From Eledone cirrhosa (lineage: Eukaryota): a stretch of 64,000 nucleotides of DNA. The stretch covers positions 5,952,001-6,016,000 of the forward strand of contig OZ024762.1 in assembly GCA_964016885.1 (NCBI GenBank), written 5' to 3'. Positions 53,921 through 64,000 of the stretch are shown piece by piece. The notes beneath the pieces were generated by a model. The model was not told the origin of the DNA. It ran no database searches and saw nothing but the letters and a program-made list of their open reading frames with translations. The stretch's first letter is position 1. Every line of letters begins with the position of its first letter. The position numbers and the translations under genes are program-made.

Positions 53921-54993
53921 CTACAAATAACACAATTATCAATACACATCCGTGGTTATTGAATGAGGACATAAATCACGACCACCATTTAATATCCATT
54001 TTTATAGATGAGATGGGTGAGATGAGTTCCCATTGTGAGACAAGACAGATCAGATTACCATGACTTGTTCATACAGGACTGTCTCTAGCTTGTTTTCTAG
54101 GGCTAGATACCTTTCTTAATGCCAACCATGTTTACAGTATAGAGAAAAGTGTTCCCACCCCAGGATGTAACAAAGGACAAAGCTACTGAGGTAAATTGCT
54201 ACAAAGATGGAAGGGTAAATCATCATCATTATCATTTAACATCCATTTTTCCAAGCTAGCATAGGTTGGAGAAGTTGTCACAGACCAAGTCAGCATGTAA
54301 TCACAGCTATTGGCCTCACAAATACACCTTGGACTGTATCTTCTGTTTGCTCCTAACTTTACAGAATGTACTGGATGCACTAGGGAGGTTGTCATGCTCT
54401 TGACACAAATTATAAGTCCCTGTAACAAGGTTTCTATGTCTCGATGCCCTTCCTCACACCAACTACTTTACAGAGTGTACTGGGTGCACTTTATCATGGC
54501 ACCAGCACTAGGGTGGTGGTCATGCTCTTGACACAAAGAGCCTTCTCAAACAGGCTTGGTAAATTTTCAACACCTTGATGCCTATCCTGGCACCAACCAT
54601 TTTACAGAGTGTACTGGGTGCATTTTATTGTGGCAGCTATAAAGGCAATGTCATTATGGATTGGCATTAGAAAGACCATCCAACCGTAGAAATCATGCCA
54701 AAAAGGGGTTGTGTTTAAGACACGACACCTTGTTTAGTGCTAGTGCCCTGACAAAATGCAGCCAATGTGAGAGCCTTAGTAAAATAATGTTAGAAGTCAA
54801 TTTAGGGCATTGTAACCACAGATCTAGTTTGGTATCAAAAGGTTTAACAAACAATTTAGGGCAATATAATCATAGATCGAGTTTGGTATCAAAAGGGTTT
54901 AACAGATAATTTGGGGCAATATATTTATAGATCTAGTTTCGTATCAAAAGAATTTGAAGATTTAACAGAAAATTTAAGTCAATATAATCTCAC

Positions 54994-55142
54994 TTGCTGA
55001 AGCTTTTCCACGACTAGATGATCGGCTCCCACACAAACTAGGACTTTTTACTCCGAGATCATTAGAATCGTCTGTTTTGTTTCCTTTCTTTGTTGGTCCA
55101 CGCTTTGAGGGCTTCTTCCTCTTCAACACATCACTAAGTCGT
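54994..55142 (-). CDS. TRIP12: TRIP12 exon
   Basis: RLSDVLKRKKPSKRGP. Confidence 0.88.
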
Positions 55143-55336
55143 CTAAAAAAGAGGAGATTCACTCATTTTATGGTCAACTACAACAAACACGATCAATTAC
55201 TAGGCCTATAACAGATACTAGCTGACCCTGTAGAAATTCCACCATTTAATTAGAAACAACCACCAAGTATTAAAGAACAATGATATTTTAAATGTTTTAC
55301 AGTTATATAAATATTTACACATGTAATATTGTCTGA

Positions 55337-55369
<33 letters not shown>

Positions 55370-58146
55370 GCCTTGTTGCTACCACCACCATCTTCTCACA
55401 TTACCCTTCCCTTGCCATTAAGACTTCTTACAGCATAGGAGTAAAAAAATGTCTGGCCTTGGCACTACTACCACCACCACTTTTTCTCCCTCTCACAAAC
55501 TCTTACCCTCCCCTTTCCAGCTTGACAGACATTTTACACAAAATACACACCAGCATTAGTGTAAGATATTCTAGAAGTTTATAGTTTCCATTAATGGCTG
55601 TTTAAAATTACACAGTAGCAGAATAACTTATTTAGAAGTAATTTAACTTAATGAACAAGGCCCCTTGTTTAATAATTTTAGTAATTAAAAATAGAATAAC
55701 AGTCATGGCCAAATGGCTAAAAAAATTCATTTCACAATCCTGAGGTTCTGGGTTTGATTCCACTGTGCAACATCTTCAGAAGATGTCTTACCATAGCCTC
55801 AAATTGACCCAAGCATTTTGATTGAAATTGGGCAGATGGAAACTAATTAAGGACCTGTTGAATGAACTGAATCTATAATTCAAAGGGCCAGCATTTGTCA
55901 CACATACTGTGCAGTAATTTGAAATTCTGAAGGGACTCACTCCATAGCAATAAAAAATAAGTTGCAGATTTAACCCTTTCATGACTGTATTTCTAATGAA
56001 ACACATTATTTCAATAATTAATGAAGAATTTTGAGAGATTTACTAAAATTATTAATTACTAGCTGGACCCATGAAAAAATTCACATAATCCCCTCTCTAT
56101 ATATAAACCCATCCCTTTCTCTATATATTAAAACCACCTTCTCTCTATATTATAACCCCCTTCTCTATATATTATAACCCATCCCTTTCTCTATATTATA
56201 AACCCCTCTATATATATATAATAACCCCATCCCCTTCTCTATATATTTGTTTCATAGAATCAGGGTTGGTTTAGGGCATGTTGGTATTAAAAGAGCTTAT
56301 AGACTAAATATAACCACACATAAAATATACACATACTTACAGGTACCAAAAAAAAGAGATACGTTTTTTTTTCTTCAAAAAGTATTGTGCCAAGGAGCCT
56401 TAACTCTTGATAGAGTCATAGGGGCAGTGATGTAACATAAAGGCACTTAAACAAAGCAGAGCCTATCTCTCTCTCCCTCTCTCCAGGTCTGAACACAGCC
56501 AATTTCTTCCAGAGAAGGAGAAGGGAAAGAAAGAAATAATGAGGAAGGATCAACTCCAGTATTGGACTGGAACATTATCAATCTTGAACGGATGAAAGGC
56601 AACGTTGATGTCGCTGGGATTTGATGAGCTGGAACGAATGCTGCAAAGCATCAATCTGACACTTAACAATTCGTTGCTTTATTTCATCTTCTCCCACATA
56701 TTCCTGCCAGGGTTGTTGGAACAGAGCCCTCAAGTACGCCTTCCAGCAGGTCCTGTCAGAAGAAACCATTTCCAATTGATTCGGTTAGATTCCCAAGCAA
56801 GATCAGCCAAGCTCACAGATGCTATCCAACCATCTTGCTCGGGGTATACCCCTGGATCTTCTGCTGGTTGGGTTTGCTCCTAAAATCTGTCCAGCGATTC
56901 TTTCCCGAGACATTCTAACCACATCCCCAGAGTATCGGAGCTGCAATCTCTCAATTCGGAGAAGAGTTCTACCTGAGCTATGCAGTCTATCAAGTAACAC
57001 TCTAGAGACCATTTGAAGGAACCCCCATTTCAGCTGCTTCTATTCAGGATTGTTGTATTCTTTTAATACCAACACGCCTAACTCACTGCCAACCATGCAA
57101 TTATAAGTGACCATATTGCTTAACTATCATCTAGTGTATAATAAGGAAGAAATCAAGAAGATTCCAAGAACCAAAACTCACAAAAAAGGCCCCCGGGATC
57201 CACTGCCAACTGGTTCCATGTCGAAGATTCTGGGCAATTCCAGTTGTCTGTAATGGTTTACATTTACAAGAATCAGAATGAAGTTGTATGCTAACAACTG
57301 AATTATTTAATTATTGGAAATCTTTTTCACATTAACTCTTAACATTCTTAAGATCCTGTGCTACATTAAACTACATTAGCAAGACATTTTTGAAAAGCAT
57401 AAAACAGCACTATTACTGCATCACATTAAAAAGCAAAATCTTTATGTTTATATTGCAATTTTTCACAATAAGCTGTCCAACAGTAAAAATACTATAAACA
57501 TTTGAATTAACAGTATTTTTATATTTTCAGGTAAATCAATACAGGATATTAAACAAAAATATACAAGTACATGAAGATGCAAGTTATAGGAGGTTACTTA
57601 GGTGTTTTCATGACAGAGCCCCAGTTCCATGATGAGAAGCAATGTGAATCACACCCACAACTTTATGACTAAGACCAACACCCTAATAATTGGGCAACAC
57701 ACCTCTGAGAGAGAGAGAGAGAGAGAAATAGAGAGAAGAGAGAGAGAGAAAGAGAGAAGAGAGAGAAAAGAGAGTGTGTGTGTGCACACGTGCGTGTATG
57801 TATATTTATATATATATATATATGGGCTTCCTCTGTTTTCCATCAACAAAATTCCCTCACAAGGCATTGGTTAATCAGGGGCTATAATAGAAGTCACTTG
57901 CCCAAGGTACCTAAAACCACATGGTTCTAAAGTAAACTTCTTAACCACACAGCCATGCCTGCTTCACCTCTGACATTTTCATTAAGTTGGTGTTGGAGCA
58001 TAAGATCCTTACAGAAAGTTATGATGAAAGTTTGGGTTTTTTTTTTTTAAATAGGCACCTTTTATCATAGAAACAGGGCCGGTTTAAGGTGGTTTGTCAT
58101 CAAAAGGAATAAGTGAAGTGTAATACACACATACAGGAGGCAGCAA

Positions 58147-58467
58147 TTAACTCTTAACATATTATGCTAGCTCTGCATAAAACCACATTAGCAAGGTAGT
58201 CTTGAAAAGTACAAAAAATGCACTATCACTGCATCACATTAAAAATTAAGGTCTTTATTCTAATACGGCCTATTTTCAAAATCTGAACACTGCTATAGAT
58301 ACTATAAACTTTTGAATCAACAAACCTATTTTCAGGTATTTCCTGCTAAATTATTACAGTATATCAAGAATTAATACTGAAAATTTACGTATTGTCTACC
58401 AGTAAAGACACTATAAACCTTTTTTTAGGCATTTTCTGATAAATCAATACAAGATGTTAAGAGTTAA
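58147..58467. mobile_element. TTAA-flanked AT-rich MITE
   Basis: TIR ctcttaacat/atgttaagag with TTAA on both sides; related pieces at 12754, 25470-25865 and 57331. Confidence 0.6.
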
Positions 58468-58607
58468 TACTGTAAATTTTCCAAATTTGACCATTAGTAA
58501 ATATACTATAAACATTTGAATTAACAAACCTGTTTTTTTTTAAAAATACATTTTCTGGTAAATCATTAAAAGATAAGAGTTCATTTTGTGATTGAAGAAA
58601 TACTTAC

Positions 58608-58818
58608 ATTTGAGAACTATGTTCTTCTGATTCCCCTGTAGCTCCTACTGTTACCATACTAAAGTAGGAGTCTTTTCGTTCAATGGCATCAGCATTGCTA
58701 CTGCTAAGGCTTGAACTTGAGCCAGATGCAGAGCCAGGGGCAATGGTACCGCCTTTTGGAAGAGAAGATGTACTTTGGACTTCGATTTCTGTTAACTTCT
58801 TTATCTGGTGCATAACTC
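58608..58818 (-). CDS. TRIP12: TRIP12 exon
   Basis: GVMHQIKKL followed by a Ser-rich linker. Confidence 0.87.
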
Positions 58819-59801
58819 CTGCAAAATGAAGATTTAGCTTAAAGTTCACAGTAAACTTTCTCATATGTATTACAAGGGGGAAAAAAATTATAGCTCTCAT
58901 CTCTGTTTAGCTGGCTTTCTACAAGATTGCATCTGATAGGTTTGTTGGGCACTCTAATGATAGGGGTTCCAGTCCTATCATGTTACAGCTTACACATATG
59001 TAGGGTTAGCTAGCCTTCTACATGGTTGCATCTCATAGGAGACTTTACAATTTTATAGTTTCTGAGTTCAAATCTGGTTGGGGTAAAATTTGTCTTTCAT
59101 CCTTATGAGGTAAAAATAAAGTACCAGTAACGCACTGGAGTAGATTTAGCTAACTTTCCCCTTCCAACAAACTGCTGACCTTGCGCCAATGTTAGAACAA
59201 ATGTTTTTCTCATTAAGCACAAAACCTGTATTTACGTTACTGGTACTTTATTTTATCAACCGCATAAGGATGAAAGGCAAAGTTGACCTCAATGGGATTT
59301 AAACTCAGAACATAAAGAGCCAGAACTAAATACAGCAAACCATTTTGTCCGGCACTCTACCAATTCTGTCACCGTTCTTGAGAATAATAATTGTCTCTAA
59401 AATTGGCACGAGGCCAACATTTTCTGGAGGCAGGAATGTCAATGACATGAACCTCAATATGTGACTGGTACTTTATGTTAACAGCCTTTTTCTGATACCG
59501 CAAAACGTCAGAAACTTCTGATACTGCAAATTCAATAATAATATACACACTAACCTACATATATCATTTGTGGCATTCTAATCACCACTAGAAAATGCAC
59601 CAATGCACACAGTACATACTGTAAAATGCAAAAATGTAATCAAGCTGTGACTCTCTGCCCATCAGATCAGAAGTCAGTAGTTCTGATTAAGTATTGATTT
59701 GGTCTGTGTTGACCTGTTCAATCATTGCTAGCAGGGAAAACAGATGTTAAATGATGACGATATATCTTAAACAACACACAGAGAATATATTAATTACAAA
59801 C

Positions 59802-59920
59802 CTTCTCGTCTAAAGTAAATGCTGAATATGTCTGGAAGTTTTTGCATTAGAACATCAGCCATCTGTATGGCACCAACAACTACCTTTAAATCTTGTGATG
59901 CCATCATAGCTGCTATGTGA
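59802..59920 (-). CDS. TRIP12: TRIP12 exon (ARM region)
   Basis: [39 protein letters not shown]. Confidence 0.93.
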
Positions 59921-60549
59921 CTAAAATAAAAGGGAAAAATTTTTGGGTGAAACAGGCATTGGAGAAGTCATTCTATTTTCATTGTCAAACAAAACTGAAT
60001 ATGTGCTTGTGTTTCTACTTGCATCAGCAAGTTTTTGTTATAACTGAGCAAAACAACTGATTCAGTTAACCCTTGTATTACCAAACTGCCCCAAGTTCTA
60101 CAATACCTAGAGTTTGATCGACAAGATCCCAGACCTCATTCGCTTACCAACTGGGATGGAACTCATCAAATCGGAACAAGGAAACAATGTTTCCATTGGT
60201 GATACTATCTACCAGTTGCAACTGCTTATTTTAAAGTGTTTACTTAAAAATAAGCTTCCATCATAATTTTATGTAAGAACTATTAAATTACATTCAAACA
60301 CCAGCTTAATAAGGATTTCTAATTCAGGCACAAGGCCAGCAATTTGTAGAGAGAAGTCAATTATACTGACCTCAGTACTATACTGGCACTTTATTTTATT
60401 ACCTCTAGAATGATGAAAGGCAAAGTTGACCGTGGCGAGATTTGAACTCAGAATGTAAAGGGTCATAACCAAATATTGCAAAGCTCTAACCGTTCTGCCA
60501 ATCTGCCAGCCAACACCAGTTTATTAATGAGAAATTTTAGTTACTTTAC

Positions 60550-60776
60550 TTAACCCTTTAGCATTTAAACCGGCCATATCCAGCCAGAATTCTCTCACCT
60601 CTTTCTGTTCAAACCTACTGTAACTGGCCACTCATACTGATATTAAGGTATTGTTCTCAAAATAAATAATATTAAAATCTCTGATTTGATATTATGTGAG
60701 ATAATCATGTGAGGTAAAGCCATTACCATGAAAATATAATAGTAAATATACAGTAATGTAAATGCTAAAGGGTTAA
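60550..60776. mobile_element. piggyBac-like MITE
   Basis: TTAA target duplication; TIR ccctttagcattt/aaatgctaaaggg. Confidence 0.8.
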
Positions 60777-61404
60777 ATCACACCAAATTCTTTATTTCTA
60801 AAATTGATTGAGTATTTTTCATTAGAAATATGGTAATGAAAAGATTAATGTCAGAGCTTCAAATTACTGCACATGGCAGCATTATCACATGACTCACCTT
60901 TATCACCTTCAAACATATGTATACTTACAACAGCTTTAAGGCCATTAAATTTGCTATAGCAGGGGTTAGCCTTGTGGGGTCCCATGACAAACTTCATATT
61001 TATCATGGGGGTCCTTTCTAAGGCAATATTTTACAGTCGGATGCCCTTCCTAGCACTCATCCTTTAGCCACCTCTTATGAGGTGTAGGGATTCAATACGT
61101 TTATTCTAAAATAGGTACAGCCTAGCTGATGACAAGTGCCCTTGTGTTGTAAAGTGGTAGTGCTGGTGCCACGATAAAAAAGCAACAAAAAAACACCCAG
61201 TACATGCTGTAAAGTAAGTGGCATTAAGAAATGAATCCAGTTATAGAAACTATGCCAAAATGAAATGTATGAACAAGATGTGATCATCTGACTTGTCTGT
61301 CACAGAATATAACCTGTCTAACCCATGACTGTGGAAAATGGACATAAAAAAATGCTACCGATGATACACTGTATGTACTGTTGGAGTAGAAAATAACCGC
61401 TCAC

Positions 61405-61511
61405 CTGGAAACGGGCTGATTCTTCAAGACAACTTTGAGAAGTGCAGAGCTAGCATAATAGATCATTCTCAATAATGTTTGAAGACACTTGTGTCTCACA
61501 GTAGGCCCAGC
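61405..61511 (-). CDS. TRIP12: TRIP12 exon (most 5' exon in window; gene continues beyond 64000)
   Basis: [35 protein letters not shown]. Confidence 0.92.
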
Positions 61512-61772
61512 CTGCAGCAACAAACAAAACATTATCAAAATTTTAATATATTTTTAAACAGCAATAATTTTTTACATGTTTTTTTTTATATAATGTTCTA
61601 AAATGAGTTTTCCATTTCCATAGGTGTTTGGATTGACAATAGGACACTTGACTAGATTTTAACAAAAATGAAATTTACAGCTCACATGCTTAGGTGACCT
61701 ACCAGGTTAGCTTTCTCAGGTATTTTAATATGTGCCTTAGTCTTATGATGGGACCACCAACACACCGACCCG

Positions 61773-63091
61773 TAAAACCATCCACCTTGGGACTGACACA
61801 CTGACTACTAAAACCATCCACCTTGGGACCGACACACTGACCACTAAAACCATCCACCTTGGGACCGACACACTGACCACTAAAACCATCCACCTTGGGA
61901 CCGACACACTGACCACTAAAACCATCCACCTTGGGACCGACACACTGACCACTAAAACCATCCACCTTGGGACCGACACACTGACCACTAAAACCATCCA
62001 CCTTGGGACCGACACACTGACCACTAAAACCATCCACCTTGGGACCGACACACTGACCACTAAAACCATCCACCTTGGGACCGACACACTGACCACTAAA
62101 ACCATCCACCTTGGGACCGACACACTGACCACTAAAACCATCCACCTTGGGACCGACACACTGACCACTAAAACCATCCACCTTGGGACCGACACACTGA
62201 CCACTAAAACCATCCACCTTGGGACCGACACACTGACCACTAAAACCATCCACCTTGGGACCGACACACTGACCACTAAAACCATCCACCTTGGGACCGA
62301 CACACTGACCACTAAAACCATCCACCTTGGGACCGACACACTGACCACTAAAACCATCCACCTTGGGACCGACACACTGACCACTAAAACCATCCACCTT
62401 GGGACCGACACACTGACCACTAAAACCATCCACCTTGGGACCGACACACTGACCACTAAAACCATCCACCTTGGGACCGACACACTGACCACTAAAACCA
62501 TCCACATTGGGACCGACACACTGACCACTAAAACCATCCACCTTGGGACCGACACACTGACCACTAAAACCATCCACCTTGGGACCGACACACTGACCAC
62601 TAAAACCATCCACCTTGGGACCGACACACTGACCACTAAAACCATCCACCTTGGGACCGACACACTGACCACTAAAACCATCCACCTTGGGACCGACACA
62701 CTGACCACTAAAACCATCCACATTGGGACCGACACACTGACCACTAAAACCATCCACCTTGGGACCGACACACTGACCACTAAAACCATCCACCTTGGGA
62801 CCGACACACTGACCACTAAAACCATCCACCTTGGGACCGACACACTGACCACTAAAACCATCCACATTGGGACCGACACACTGACCACTAAAACCATCCA
62901 CCTTGGGACCGACACACTGACCACTAAAACCATCCACCTTGGGACCGACACACTGACCACTAAAACCATCCACCTTGGGACCGACACACTGACCACTAAA
63001 ACCATCCACCTTGGGACCGACACACTGACCACTAAAACCATCCACCTTGGGACTGACACACTGACCACTAAAACCATCCACATTGGGACCG
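61773..63091. repeat. 36-bp minisatellite, ~36 near-identical copies
   Basis: Unit aaaaccatccaccttgggaccgacacactgaccact, no spacers. Confidence 0.97.
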
Positions 63092-63402
63092 ATCTAGATG
63101 CTGGTTTCCACTGGAAAGTCAATGTGATAAGTTGATACAATATAAATACTGCTGGTTTACACTGGACAAACCTCAAATATGATTCATAATCATCATTGAA
63201 CATCCATTTTTCACGCATGGGTTTTGATGGGGTCACCAGCGGAGACCACATCATTCTCATAGGGATCTGTATTTTGGCTTAGTTTCTACAGCTGGATGCC
63301 TTTCCTAATGCCAACCATGTTACAGTGTAGAATTGGATGATAATTGTTCCTACTTTTGGCACAAGGCCAGTAATTTGAAGGGAAGGGGGGGGGGGGAGTT
63401 GA

Positions 63403-63618
63403 CTAACCCATTAGCATTTAAACCAGCCATATCTGGCCAGAATTCTCTCACCTCTTTCTGTTCAAACCGGCTGTAACTGGCCACTCAAAGGCATTGTTTT
63501 CGAAATAAATCTCAAAATCTTATAGATTCAATATTATGCAAGATAATTATGTGAGGTAAAGCTTTTACCATGAAAATTCAATAGTATATTTAGAGTAATG
63601 TGAATGCTAAAGGGCTAA
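63403..63618. mobile_element. piggyBac-like MITE with CTAA target duplication
   Basis: ctaa-cccattagcattt...aatgctaaaggg-ctaa; homolog of 60550-60776. Confidence 0.7.
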
Positions 63619-63669
63619 ATCAACTCTAGTGTGTTACTGGCATGACACAGTTGAAAGGATGCACTTGTT

Positions 63670-64000
63670 TCTCCAGGTGCTGAGCTGCAGACCTAATTAA
63701 TTTTTGCTCCAGTCAACATGTCAGACTCCTCCAAGAAGTTGCTGGCCACCTTCAATTCCATCACAACGTCGTCCGAATATACCAGCACAGCCCTTCCACA
63801 TCCCGGTTTAACTGGGATACCCTTCAATAGCTCCAGCTTCTGCAGTAGTGGCTCAAGAGTCAGCATATACAGAAGAGAGGAGAGAGGACATTGTTGACAG
63901 ATCGAGTGTATGATCTGAAACGGTTCTGATAGGTTGCCATTTACTCCAGCCACTGAGCAATCCAACCTCTGAAGACAGGAGCAAAACAAGCTGATTTAAG
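63670..64000 (-). mobile_element. L1/Tx1-like LINE RT fragment
   Basis: VNGNLSEPF...QQCPLSSLLY...LEPLL...YSDDV...GAKIN. Confidence 0.75.

Noticed and set aside
61773-63091. CRISPR array (36-bp units), also considered for 50838-51595 and 7607-8620
   Set aside because: Head-to-tail repeats without unique spacers, no cas genes, eukaryotic intronic context
61699-63260. 460-aa and 505-aa repeat ORFs
   Set aside because: Translation of the minisatellite; no splice or homology support

Overview
AT-rich, intron-containing animal genomic DNA with many (TA)n/(CATA)n microsatellites, tRNA-derived SINEs, RTE LINE fragments and MITEs. The repeat landscape suggests an octopus or other cephalopod (inference, not verified). 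There are two convergent ubiquitin-ligase genes. The first is a 3-exon F-box/Cys-rich LRR gene on + (1579-10688, about 637 aa). The second is the 3' part of TRIP12 (HECT E3 ligase) on -, with 25 coding exons traced by GT-AG and frame continuity from 61511 down to 27473; its 5' part lies beyond the window. The most interesting unannotated signal is a set of minimal type I hammerhead ribozyme motifs with palindromic stem III, the form known from Penelope-like elements. Four motifs are intact (2386-2456 -, 2760-2830 +, 14390-14446 -, 18578-18648 +) and three are variant or degenerate. Two sit in opposite orientations inside a ~230-bp inverted repeat in intron 1 of the F-box gene, so the sense ribozyme could be masked by its own antisense copy. 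A hairpin-rich ~100-bp module also recurs in one orientation near many TRIP12 splice acceptors. Coordinates were counted by hand; repeat boundaries are approximate.
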